Shown here piece by piece: positions 1 to 12,846 of a DNA stretch of 64,000 nucleotides (position 1 is its first letter; every line of letters begins with the position of its first letter). The notes beneath the pieces are model-generated. The model was not told the origin of the DNA, ran no database searches, and saw nothing but the letters and a program-made list of their open reading frames with translations. Origin of the DNA: Kudoa neothunni (lineage: Eukaryota > Animalia > Cnidaria). The DNA lies in contig OZ199838.1 of assembly GCA_964304625.1 (NCBI GenBank), positions 2,355,329 to 2,419,328 of the forward strand, read 5' to 3'. The position numbers and the translations under genes are program-made.

Positions 1-1699
1 TATCGCTTTTCGTCATAATCGAATCTTCTCCCACATTGAACCACACACATTTTCCGGCTAACTTTTCAAAAAAAGGATGCTCCATTCAAATATTAATATA
101 CTCCAACCAACAAATGTATGCACCCTAACTGATGATATGAATCGAACAATTCGAAATAAGCTCAAATATGATCCCGTATAAACTCGTGCTCTGTTGTATT
201 AGCATGCCAACCGGTCGATACTGAGAGTTTCGATCTTGGATTAATAGGGATTGGATGCTTAGCAGAGTCGCGTAAACAGTTAAATCGAAATTTTGATGTG
301 ATATACACATTTTGAACAACATTTTGAACAACATTTTGGGGAAGGTTTAAGGTCGCTATATAATTTGATTATTTGTTATGCGGTTATTCATGATGAGTTT
401 GAATGTTTCTTTATTTGAATAAACATAAAGTGTCAATAAAGATGGTTAATCGCAGTTTCATTTATCTGTATTTGCTAATAGTTTATAGCACCTGCATCGA
501 TATTAGCAATGTCCCGGAATCACATTAATACCTTGTAAGAAATATTGAAGATCGTGGCAATTCTCACGTATTATTATTATGTTAAAATAACCTTATATAT
601 GACCACAAGCAACTATAAAACCCCATATTGGACACTTTGAAACCTTTTTAACTGTTATGGACAAGTAATTTCAGTGAATCCTTATGGATCAACGTCTATG
701 CTTCTTTGAGTTGGCATAGGTATTGGATCATGATCTTTGATACGTGAAATTGTGCACTCGGTAGGATTAAATTTTGCTGTGAAAATATCCATAGTTTAAA
801 CTTAATCCTCTGTTTGCAATGTGGCAAAATTAAAGACTGCTGCTATTGGCTCTCAGATTTAATCTTAAATATCTGTACCTTTTTGCACAGTTTTTTTAAA
901 TCCCGTTGCTTACTAAACCCTAATATAGTTTGAATGTTAATTTCACACTGTGAAATCTTCCATAGCTATTTATTTCTAATCATTAATAACGAGAACGTAA
1001 GAGGAGGTTGGAGGTAATTGACCACAGAAAAGAAATGCTAGATGGGAACAAATTTGAACCAACTAATAGAAATTTTAATAATGCAGCCTAACCCAAAATA
1101 TCCGGAAAATTTGGGACCAGTGATTTTCTTCCCGGTTAATCGAAGATAAACAAGATAGTGTCTCTTTCTACCACACCGGTGCTTGCACGGGGATTATAGG
1201 ATTATAATTATTTCGTTTTTTTTTCACTGGTTATTGCGCTTTCACAAACAAAATAGCCTGTACGAATAATAAAATATATTTTTCAGATATTATTTATGTA
1301 TGGAAAATGATTATAGATTATAAAAGTTAACTGTTATTTTGTTAAACATATGATCGATGTATATGTGCAAGGTTTATGATTTAGGAATGCGATAATAATT
1401 AGAGAAAATATTCATTTTATCAAAATGAATTTTAAGTCAGAATTCACAATAGCCAACCGAGTGTCTTCTCTTATAATCAACAATGTAAGGTGAACCCAAT
1501 AAGTAAAATTCAAAATTTAAAATTAAAATTACGAAATTTATTTTAACAATATAATTTGATGACGATATGTTAATATTATTTTGGGGCTCACGTTTAGTGA
1601 TAGTGAGTAGGTGATAATAAATTAATATGGCGGAAAGTGTACACAGATTATTGAAGGTCAATTCTCTTCATATACCGAAATGAAACGATGGCTTGATAA

Positions 1700-2465
1700 T
1701 TTTGTTAAAGTACTGTTACAAAAATGTTATTTCCTTACATTGAAATTAAGGAATCTGGTTTCTATAACAGAATTGGTAGGTGCATCAAATTTAAAAAATG
1801 AAGATAATCAGTTGGATAATGTTAATACTAACGAAGAAAAATTAATTTACAGATAGATTAAATATATCTGCCCACATGGCGACGTTAACCATTCAAAAAA
1901 CGTACATCTTCATCTTAGTACTCGCCATCAAAAGGTTGCCCGACATTTATTAACATATCTACTCAAAATGAAGCGTTTATGTGCTTAACTACAATCTAAC
2001 AACTCACAATCATGTAAAATACCGACGTACCCTTCTATCGACGTAATCAGAATGTATCCGATGGATGAAACGAACATTATCATTGTGGTTTAATTGGGAT
2101 GCAGATAACAAAAGAGCAAAGAAAGTCTTGAATCATATTTGAACATCCCTTTCAGTTAAAAAAAATTAGAAATATGAAACATCGCACAAACATGAATACC
2201 CAAGAATCATTCTCTATGAAAGACCCTTCTGAAATATATGATTGTCAACTCTTGCTCAACATCTACAAGGAATATGAAAAGTCTCTATTCTAATTATGGT
2301 CAAGTTTTACATATTGGCGCAACCTACAAAGTAAACAAAAAAAGATATCCATTGCACCACTTTGTAATAGTTGATTCTCATGGACGAGCTCGATCAATTT
2401 TCTTCGCTTTTGTTAAAAATGAAACTCAAAATTTTGTTGATAATGTGATATCTTCATTTTGTTAA
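1700..2465 (+). pseudogene. Decayed Mutator-like (MULE/FAR1-type) transposase remnant
   Basis: ORF 2238-2465 reads HIGATYKVNKKRYPLHHFVIVDSHGRARSIFFAFVKNET, matching the MULE DDE start (D-x-TY-x-x-N...PL...VD..G...F). An upstream fragment IKYICPHG resembles the FAR1/WRKY-like region. Stops and frameshifts are present; the left boundary is approximate. Confidence 0.75.
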
Positions 2466-2576
2466 TTAATGAAAGTCAATAAGCCATTGTTTCCAAAAGA
2501 AACTAATAGTTTGGATAAATATTTTAAACAGCGCAATAAATCATGACATTTTTTAAACGACATTCAACAATATATT

Positions 2577-3625
2577 TTAAAATTTAAGATTAGAGATTTT
2601 CTTAATAACGACCAATATTTGTAAATGTTCTGTCGATAGTCTATTTCTGGTTTCACTGAGTATACGTGAAACGTCACTGAAAAGCCTTTCACTTTCGACA
2701 GAAGTGCACGGTGCACAAAGGAACCAACGTGCTAAATCTGTCAACGCTGGAAATCTTATTTTATTTAGTTCCAAATATTTAAGTGGATTTCCATTTCAAT
2801 CTATTAGCGCTTCTTCTGTGTTAGTTTCAATAATTACCGAAATTTTGTTTGGACACTTCTCACTAAACCATTTTGTACTTTCATCGGGAATTTCTTCAAA
2901 AACGTCACCAAAATCTGTGGTACATTTTCTCTTCCTAGGAATTATGTTGAGGTGACATTCGCTGATACTTATGATTGATTCGTTAATGTCTCTCTCATTT
3001 GAAATGTGTTGAATTGAGTCTAACTAGATTGGAAATATCTGTACACGAAAAAAACCTGTTTTCATATCTTGGATCAAGAAATGTTGTTATCGATTAAAAA
3101 CTATTCGTCTCTACTCTATCAACGTGAATATCGATGGCTTTGATCAATGCCAATCTCATTTTGTTTACGTATTTGTAACTTTTTTTGACTTATTCCAGCA
3201 TTCTTCGAAGAACGGCAACCAACGGAATCACGTCCGATGCTTTTGAATCTGATAAACTCACTTTTCTTGTCAATTCTTCGAAGGGGCCAAATGTGGATAA
3301 AACACCCTCTAATGTATTCCATTCTTGGCATGAAATATTACATGAGAGACCATGTTTGGTGCAATAAATTTGTAAAACTGTTTTTTGTTCAACTAGCGTT
3401 TGCAACAAACAAAATGTGCTGTTCCATCGTGTCGAAACATCCTGTTAAAGTCTTTTGGTTTTTTCATTCATATTGGCTTGAAATTCTTCAAGCCGAGAGT
3501 ACACAAACTGCGAATATTTAAAGTGACCAACAATTTTTCTCCCCCGTTTTAAAACATCACAAATATTTTTATGGTTTAAAAGGCTTCTGTGACAACAATT
3601 TGAGAGGAGTGGGGAAAACATTTAA
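2577..3625 (-). pseudogene. Decayed hAT transposase
   Basis: Fragments in order: CFPHSSQIVV (CxxH motif, ~3590-3620), TRWNS (~3415-3430), LSTFGPFEELTRKVS, and the hATC dimerisation motif RFPALTDLARWFLCAPCTSVESERLFS...RNRL. Broken by frameshifts and stops. Confidence 0.9.
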
Positions 3626-3763
3626 TTTATTATCATTTGTATTAATTTGTTCACGTCTGTTTTCTTTTTAATGTAAGTTTAGAAAAAATATTTCTCCCCC
3701 ATAAAAATAAATCCATGTTTAAATCTCTTGTTTGGGAAAGGGTGTGGAGTTGTCCTCACATGT

Positions 3764-3803
3764 ATTAGGGGGTGCGGGAACTAAAATGGATCGGGAAGCG
3801 CTG
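3764..3803 (-). mobile_element. Isolated hAT-like terminus (CAGCGCTTCCCGATCCATTTTAGTTCCCGCACCCCCTA on minus)
   Basis: A similar terminal sequence recurs at 23008-23054 (CAGTGATTCTCGTTCCCGATTCATTTTGGTTTCTGCATCCCCTA on minus). A CAG-start TIR is typical of hAT elements. Confidence 0.45.
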
Positions 3804-4859
3804 GTATAGGTCGATTAATATTTAATTTTGTTCAAACCGGGTTTTTTCTCTTTACATCAGCCATGATTTTTACCATCGAATAAAAATTTTAACCAGAAAA
3901 GCAATTGTTTGAAGGGATGGGAATATCCATACGATTTAATACCACGATCGCAAAATGAGATTAACGAAAATTTTAGGATATCTTTGCTGTGGCGGTTTTG
4001 TCGATTGTTCCTTTCAGATGACAAATTCACTTGAATATCAACCATGATTTTTCCAATAGTCGCTTAGTAGCTTTATACAAACATAGCTTATATTTTTGAG
4101 GAATTTGTTGTTTATTCTCGTTTTTTTTCTTAAAAGCGGTGGCTACGAATTGCTTGTATTTTTTTCCAGATGGTTAAATATTTTTGCATTATAGGTGGTT
4201 ACGTTTATTTAAAATTAAGCAATAACCCCATAAAACAAATTTTTTGTCCCTGTGCGCAAATTAAATTGAAAAACCTCTGTGATACCTTAGATCCCCCTTC
4301 GGCACACGCGTAAGTTGCTCGAGTTCTGTCCTCCGAGGGTTAAATCATCAGTAACTTATGTTTACTTAAAATAAATACAGGCATATATTTGGATCTAGTA
4401 CAAATTTATACAAGAATTGAATGCTTAACTTAAGGTTCAAAAGAATAATTTAAAAATAATAAACCTAGTAATATTTTTACTTTAAATATTGCATTGGTTT
4501 TTATGTTACATTGTATATGTCGTACGGTGATGGGTGGCAATTTCACACGGAATTATGATTAAACAGTTGTTCCGGTTACCGAGATTCCGAATAACCGAAC
4601 TTTTATCGACATGCAATTTCAATAAAATCAAAATAAAACTTAAAATATCTTCCTAATAGCGCGATTTACGGAAAATTGAGCGATGCTCGACTGTAGTTCA
4701 ATTTATAATTTGAACAAATAACGTGATTAATTGTTGTAAAACAAACATAAACCGCCAGAAAAAAATGCTTCAATAAATTGATATGCCGTAAACGCTTTCG
4801 ATTGAATTTAAAATACAAAATTTTAAACAAGCAGTCACTCAATATGTATACATAAATAG

Positions 4860-6169
4860 ACTAAACAGATAACCACTCATTAGACGGAATTTGATAGAGG
4901 CTCTGTATTCCTTCAGTAATGTGCTGCAACAAGATTAAAATAAGAACATTATCAATTATCGATTGACTAACGATTGGCTATAACCTTGCGTTTCTAAAAA
5001 ATTTTAAAAAAATATAATAAACTACGAAATCACTCTTATTTGCTTATTTGTGTTTGATTTCGATGGGGATCGGCTACGTGTTGATTTTTTGGACATTTTT
5101 TTAAATAAAAAATTGGGGTCATCTTTTTCCTCAGGAAAACTATCGGTATGATCATCCCCTCGTCTCAGCTTACTAAATAACACATGATTTCTATCCTATC
5201 ATATTGTCAAGCCAAATACGATCTTATTGAGGGTTCTTTATATGAGGCAACTTTCCTGGTAGTAGATCTCTGAGGTCTCGAGCTAGTGGTTGACTGCGTT
5301 GATGGCATTGGCGTGTCTAACAGATCCTTCATAATATCCATTTTTGTAGATTTGATTTCGTCAACCAGAGTTACATTGCAACTCTCATCATCTGTTGGTT
5401 TACTAGATAGTGAATGGTTGACAGCAGAGGTTGCTTCGTTGACTTGTTGCCGATCAACATCAAATGTCGCATCTACGGTAACATATTTCAGTTAGATATT
5501 GATCGAATTAGCTAAACGGATGTGAGTCTGTTAGAAACTACTTATCATATCGTTTGAGTTAGCTGGATTTGGTGATGGCGGCAGTTCATCAACCACAGTT
5601 TCATTTAATGAATTATAAGATGAGTGAGTGTTGTGAGTGACAACGTCGACACCCATGTCAGCCACAGTTAAATTATTCAGTATACTCTTCATTGTGCTAA
5701 CACAGTGATTTAAGGAATTTCTTTTTGATAAGGGAGCTGACGAAGATTGACTGACAGTGTGATCATTTTCATTTAATGTCACTAGTAATTGTTGTAAATT
5801 GGCAATTGCATCATTGATTTTTTCAAATTCTACTCTAGCCACCTTCTTAACACTAACCGAGTCATATCACATGGATATTTGATGAAATGTTGGTTGGTAC
5901 TTTTCGTCCATAAAGTCCAATGTACTACTTTGAGAACACTCATTTTGTATCGTCTTCAATTTGTACCTCAACAATTCCATATTACAATCCTTGAGCTGTT
6001 TCGACAGTTCTTGCACCTGAACTCTGGATAACTCTAATGTCGTAGTTGAAAAAATAACTTCATCCAATCAATATCTACCCAAAGCTTCAGCCAACAATTT
6101 ATTTTGCTCAGAATAACGCTCTTCACTGACTGATTGATGTAGATCAAACCCAGGATATCTGTTTTGCAT
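4860..6169 (-). CDS. SGO1: Shugoshin (centromeric cohesion protector), multi-exon
   Basis: ATG at 6169. N-terminal coiled coil SEQNKLLAEAL|ELSRVQVQELSKQL. C-terminal SGO basic motif RKVASYKEPSIRS|KLRRGDDHTD rebuilt across a GT-AG intron (~5173-5219). The last exon and stop position are uncertain. Confidence 0.8.
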
Positions 6170-7351
6170 TACTCAAATTGAACGGGTGAACAGTTCAGCG
6201 ATTATCGTGGTGCCAATTATAGTAAAATTTTGCGCGCGCGCTTCCTAAGATTACTTTTGCTAGCGCCTTTTTCTCTAATCACCTTATCAATTGGATATAA
6301 TAATATATTTCGAATTTTGATATCATTAAGTAAGAATATGGGATGATCGGAGTTTTTATTATACTTTTATATGTACATTTTAGAAAAATTGAGTCTATTT
6401 TTAATATACAGATGAACAAGTTTTTGTAAATAAATAGATCAAAAATGTGTGATTTTTTAGTTAATTAGTATAAAAGTTATTATTTTATTTGGGGGATGGC
6501 TAAATATGAAGAATGAAGCTACAATCGCCACACAATATCAGAACAAACACGCTTAGTTCAAAAAATATATTATTAACATGACCATTTCCTTTCTGGATGT
6601 GGATTAAAAGAAATTATTTTTTAATGTAATATTATTTAATTCATGATGAATAACGCATTAAAATAAATAACTTATTTTTGGTGATCACCCCCAGACGATA
6701 AAAAGATTCAAAAATAAACCACGAATATTCTTCGATGAAAATACGAGCACATTTATGATTATTACATTATTACTAGTAATAATTTAATTTAGTTGAGCTT
6801 TTCTGTATTTTTAAGAATTATAAGAAAAGTTTACCTTTTAATCTAAATTTATATCATCATCGTATTTTTATGTTCCTTTATATATGATTGGAATTTTATT
6901 GATATTTAAAAAAACTGAATTAATGTGACGACCAGTCATAACTTCATCTTATTTCTCCCCCAATAATGATCTAAATAGATTTGTACATGTTTGTCCCATG
7001 TAATTTCAGGGGTTGTTCGTGATGTGACTTTTATCTACATACCTGTTATGGAAATAGTTTGTTCTCGAATTTTTATTTACTGTTAGAATAATATTGCAGA
7101 AAAGATTATATAATGCAGTGGAAATCGAATTTTGACTAAAAATTTTATACGGTGCAACCTCGGACTTCGATTATAATCCGTTCTAGAGGCGTGTTCCAAC
7201 TCCGAGTAATTCTTTTCAGCACAAAATAATGCAAATTATTTTAATCCGTTACCGCGCGTCAAATAAATGGCTACAGTGGGGGATGAGTGCATCGTAATTT
7301 CTATTATTGCGCGCGCATTATTTGGAGGGATAAATGCTGTAGTAAATCAAC

Positions 7352-9226
7352 TAGGGTTCCACCGATACCACGTTTTAAATTTCAATTGGTTTAGACATTT
7401 GTTATATTCTAATGAGATTACGCCCAAATTTTTAGTCACCCAAAAGAAAGTTTTATTTCTCTAGAATTTACTGATTTTACTTAATATGGGAATCTAACTG
7501 ATTGTATTGTATTATCGGTCAGTGAAATATTAATTTTTTCAAATAATGTTTCGATATCCATTACATGGATAACTAGTTTCTTTATAACATTCAAAAAAAT
7601 ATTATGATTCAAATTTATTTATAGAAGCAGTCAAATTAAGATTTTTGGGGGATCCATACTTCTAACGATTGTAATTGGCGAAATTTAAATCATGATCATT
7701 TCTGTGTAGGAGTGTACCAATACTGGTTTGTAATTAACAATTTCTTTTTCCGGCACCAACGCTAAATAATTTAAGGTCAGTGTCATATTTATTTTAGTTT
7801 CCGAATTATTTAAACTCTCCTAAAGTGCAATCTAATACGTTATTTTTTGGTCCAGGGGATTTTTAAGTCGAATTCTGGACCGGCCAGGAAAATGTGTGCA
7901 TCACCAACTTTTTAAGGGATAAAAAAATAGAAAAAGTTACAGACATGAAGAAAACACAAGAAAATTAATGTTTATTGCTCAAATTAATACCCTTTGGCCT
8001 CCTTCCCTAAACTTTAATGCGCTTTTTTCAACAAACATTAAATTATGTTATTTCTGTCTTAATTATTAACTCAAAAGTTATTTATTATTACTATTTAGAT
8101 TTTTACCTATTGATATAGAACAATTTTATATAAACTAACATTAAAAATAAACTTTTTGCAAATTTAATAAAAACATTTCATTTTTCACCATAATAAAAAT
8201 ATTGTGTGATCTTTCAAATATCTATAATATTTTAGTAAGACTTGTTTTAGTTTATAATTTTTTTTATTTGATTTCTTGATAGAAATTAAGAATTTATTCA
8301 ATTTTTATTATTAAAATTCAGGGACCAAATTTTTAAAAATGATTATATTAATTTTTTTACCTTAATGTATATTGTAAAACATTTTTTTCAATGTTTTAAT
8401 TATATTTTTATCGTTTATAAGTTTTTTTATTTTCCAAATTTCCTAACAAAAAATTCGGCAAAATATACTAGATGTAAAAATTTCAGAGATGTTGCAAACG
8501 ATATGTATATCAAAGTTATTATTTTTAACGGTATATATATAGTTAATTAAAACTAATAATTTTATAGAAATAATAATTTTTTCGTTTGTTTATAGCTACA
8601 CTAAACACACATGTAAGAATTCCTCCTAAAAAGTAATAACTTTTTATAATCTATCTTAAGTTATTTCCCTATCGAAATTAAATGTTGATCTAGAATATAA
8701 TGTTTATTAATTATTCAAAAAATTAAGAAATTATATTTGATATTGTAAAATTTGTGTTTATATCGTAAACAGTATGAAAATGAATCAATTTAAGAATGAT
8801 TATCAAAACAAATTAGAGATCAATTCAATGTTTGTTGAAAAAAGATGGAGATTACATGTATATCCGACTGCGTTCGAATGACAAATTCTTAAATTTGAAA
8901 GTTATTATTTTGAGCTGAATTTTTTCTCTCCATATTCATTTCTTTTATTATCAAGAATCGTGAAAAAAGAAATGCGAAAAACATGCGCAAGTGGACATTT
9001 TTTAGGTGCCGCATACTTTAACATTACCCGATACTTTATTGACAGGTCTAATATCTTTATTGTATTTTTCAATGGTGAAATGTGTGAAGATTTATATAAA
9101 TGTAAGAATAATTTTAAAGAGTCAATTTAAAGATATCTTGATACATTTTAATGTAATTTGACACATTATTCGTCATTATATACTGGTTTTAAAAGAAGAA
9201 ATTTTATCGGTATCGGGGCAATCCTA
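7352..9226 (-). mobile_element. Non-autonomous hAT-type TIR element, copy A (contains Helitron-derived segment ~7580-8035)
   Basis: Ends TAGGGTTCCACCGATACC (7352) and GGTATCGGGGCAATCCTA (9226). Colinear in reverse orientation with 60621-62464. TSD not preserved. Confidence 0.8.
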
Positions 9227-9591
9227 ATTTTAATAATAGCCTTATGAAAACGATATTCTATGGTTATCACTTATGTTTATTATGCTAATCATGAAAAGGT
9301 ATTTTTGAGATTACTGTAAGTGCGAAAGATTAATTACGTAATGTATAAGTAGGCAGATTAACAGTTGATAACGAAAACCATTCTTTTGAATTCCTCGTTG
9401 TAAAATTGAATTGAAATTTTATTATCAGATTAAATAAATTTTCTAAAGTGGATTATAATGAAATTTGATTGTAACACGCTTTTATTCAATTTCAATATAG
9501 TTGAATTCGGTGTATAATTTTGACAGATACGATATGCGCAATTTTGGCACCGACTTAAAACGAGTGTCGACGTTTGATATATCTAGTCGTA

Positions 9592-11672
9592 ATGTCTCTG
9601 TCGGTTGACGAATTATTTTTAAAGGAACTTTTAAGCGATAAAATATCACTTTCCATGTCAAACTGTAAGTCTGGTCATGTCGGGCGAGTTATTGACAAAG
9701 GTATCTGTCTAAGCTTGAGGCGGTTCTTTCACCTAGTCTACTCAAACCTCCTAGTTGTCTCATTAATACATTAATTAACTAGCAGCCGTTTGTCTTATTT
9801 TTAAATGCGAATTCCTCGCAGAAGCATTGCATAGCAACAGGAGTGTCATTACCACACAGAGGCGAGTGGGCTTGGAGTTGGTTGCTCCTGGTTGTGTGTT
9901 TGACCAAAGAGAACTGAAATATTGGGTTTTCTGGGTTACTTTATCAGGGGTAGTTGAGGATGCTAGAGTGAGTTTCAAACTAACTCAAAATATGCACCTG
10001 AGGTCTCAGTATGGACGCAGGTTTAATTGCTAGGTAACAATGTGAGTTATGTTTTGGTTGTGATGGCTGGGGGTTGGTGTAACTGTGTTGGGAGGTGACC
10101 GACAATGTTGGTTATTGTTTTAATTTGGGCGTAGAGTTAAGTCTTATGAGGAGACGTATGTCGAATCCATATTATAGACCGTTGAAACAGGTTCGTCGTA
10201 TACAACATAGCGTCAAAGAGGATTTCAGCGTTTTAGTGGTTAAAATATTCGTACCTGTTGAAATATTTCCTGATGTGAGCACATCCTATCGACTTGTTGT
10301 TGGCTGATCGTATTGATGTAAATTCAACATTTAGTTTAACTTTATGGGAAAAATGCTTGGCCCTAAAGGAAAAATTTTGAAACAACTGGAAGCATCTACC
10401 AATTGCAAGATATTGATTCGAGGAAAGGGTTCATCGCGTAATAAAATTCGAGAAATCAGCAGATTCCACAGTGAGGAGCCGCTTCATGTTTTGATCACCA
10501 CTGAGGGATCTCATGACACTGTTATCAATACAATGGATGAAGCACTCTGTAAAATTCGCCCTTATTTGGAGCCGGATGTGGACGAAAAAGGATATGTCGC
10601 TGCTGTTAGGAGCTATGAAAAGGGCCTACGTTTAAAATCTACCACCGAAGCGAATGAAACTAAATTATCTAAACAAACCGCCGCTACAGCTACAACCCGT
10701 GTTTCTGCGCCCGCTAAAATTGATCACATTCGTTTAAAAACACAACATAACGTTCCAAATGAAAACAAAAAGATAAATCCTAGTCGAACTCATTTAAAGT
10801 CTAATCGTCCTCATTTCAATCCATACGTTCCAGTTAATAGCAGTGTGCAAAGTGACAAAAATCAAAAAGCTATTGGTAAAAAAGAAGAGCGTGATTCCAA
10901 CGCACCCCAGATTATGAGTGGAAATCAACAATCTTCAAAAGTCAATCCAACGACCACCACCAATTACAATCTCAACTCCAATGAATTCAATCAATTTCGC
11001 TATCGCGACTACAGCAGCAGACATAATTACATCAATGAAGTTCACCAACCTAATCACTATATTCATCATACCACTCATGACGATGGTGGTGGTGATGATG
11101 ACGGATATGTTGCGGCTCAGCAACCACATTACGCCCCAATGCCAACCAACCATTATAATGGATCTCAAGAATATTCCAATCTCCAATACAATCATAATAT
11201 TGCAACAATGAATCGTAATTTCAGATAATTTTGTTCATTAATATATTCATTTATCTGTGTAGAATACCCCTCAAATTATCCACCTCAACATGGTCATGTG
11301 AATCCTCAAAGTTTCTACTACGACTATAACAATGCTCCTCCTCGTCATCCTGTTTCAGATCATTATAATTTAGCTCATCCTCGATGTATGGTGAAATTTG
11401 GTGGGTTATTGAGATGACTACTAATTTTAGACCAATCTTCTAATACTATGCCGTTTCAACAAAACAATATGAATATTAATAATGTGGATATAGGCGGATA
11501 TCACCAGCCACATATTGAGCAATCTGTCCAAAACCAGCCTACCTCTTATAATTACTATCCAAATAATAACAATAATAATCAGCCGCCAATGTGTGTTGAC
11601 GCACCTCCTCGTCACTATACACAGCGGTTTCATACATCTTCTAATACAGCGCAATATCAATATCGTTCCTAA
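9592..11672 (+). CDS. STAR-family KH-domain RNA-binding protein (QKI/Sam68-like) with Tyr/His/Asn-rich tail
   Basis: QUA1-like HVGRVIDK|ELSLMR across intron 9701-10134. KH-QUA2: KIFVPVEIFPD|FNFMGKMLGPKGKILKQLEASTNCKILIRGKGSSRNK...EEPLHVLI. Two further short GT-AG introns; stop at 11670-11672. Confidence 0.9.
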
Positions 11673-12189
11673 CTTCCTATCCAGGATAATGGGTGTGATG
11701 TAGTTAAGCAAATGCTTATGTAATATAAAACGGAAAAATTTGTGAATATGAGATCTCTTTATGTCGATTAATTAGTAGCATTTACAGCTTTTTTTGTAAA
11801 ACTGAATTTGTTTATGCTCTTATTGGTAGGTAGCATGGAATTTCGTAAATTTTTGTTTAAAACGTTTCAAGTTTTTTGTTTGGTCAAATGCGCATGCTAA
11901 TATCACGCTCAACCCTACGTTCCATATGGGGGGCGCTTGGATTGTGAAGGCATCGGCAAGAGAGGTTTAATGACATCCAGTGTTAATACATGCAAGCGAA
12001 TCACCACGATATCAGGCCAGATAGTTCGTTGGATAATATCTTTTGATTTTTTTAATAAAAAGTGAAAATTATTAGAAGTTATTTCATATGAGGCGGCGGA
12101 AAGTTTCCGCTTTACATGACGAATAAGTTTTTGTGCTTGCGCAAAAAAAACATTGCGCACCTTGTCGTAATCCACCCTTGGGCGTACCG

Positions 12190-12527
12190 ATGAGTTTCAC
12201 TATTTTTAATGTTATTCAATCTATTCTGCTGTTGCTGAATGGCGCAATTGTTTTAAACGAAGAAAGAGTGTTGATCAAATGTAATCATCACTGTGGATGC
12301 GAGAATTTGTGTGAGAGTTTAATCATTAAAATTGACGTTTTAGACGCCCAACAATATTCGTCTGAAGCCAGTGGTATTCTCAACAAGCTTTTTCAGGTCA
12401 TCTACTCCATACAGATGGTTCTAAGAAGTAGTTTTGTGGTCCATGGATATTTGTGATTGATTGTGCTTTAGTTCCAATAATAATCATCAATATCATTTTT
12501 ATACTGATAAAACTAGCATTAGGTTGA
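12190..12527 (+). CDS. IER3IP1: IER3IP1/Yos1 small ER membrane protein, 3 exons
   Basis: Spliced product MSFTIFNVIQSILLLLNGAIVLNEERVLIK|YAQQ...IYSIQMVLR|IPIIIINIIFILIKLALG*, containing the Yos1 signature LN-A-x-VLNEER and the C-terminal ...LG. Confidence 0.9.
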
Positions 12528-12846
12528 GTATATTACTGCTTTAAGAAAAGATAGTTTTGTATTTTTTTCCTCGAGATTTCGTTTGTCGCTTGTTTTTCAA
12601 GTGAGTGTGGTGTTTTGCCCAATTCCTTATATGTAAGCATAACCGGTCAAAAGTTGGCCTGAGAAAAGCTGCTTTGTTTTGCGACCTAAATTTTCTATAG
12701 AAGCAGCAGTTGTTTAGGTTATAAATATGACACTTCATGGTTAAGTTTACCTGACAGTTTTGTGCACGCTTATAGTTTAACATCTAACTCGTATAAAGTT
12801 TCAACCTCTGAAAATAATTTAGTTTTATAATTTCGTTGGGAAATAG

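Noticed and set aside
307-338. Tandem ACATTTTGAACA repeat as a CRISPR-like array
   Set aside because: Only about 2.5 adjacent 12-bp units, no spacers, and a eukaryotic context.
500-800. Minus-strand coding-like stretch (MDIFTAKFNPTEC...)
   Set aside because: Multiple stops and no recognisable motif; an unassignable relic.
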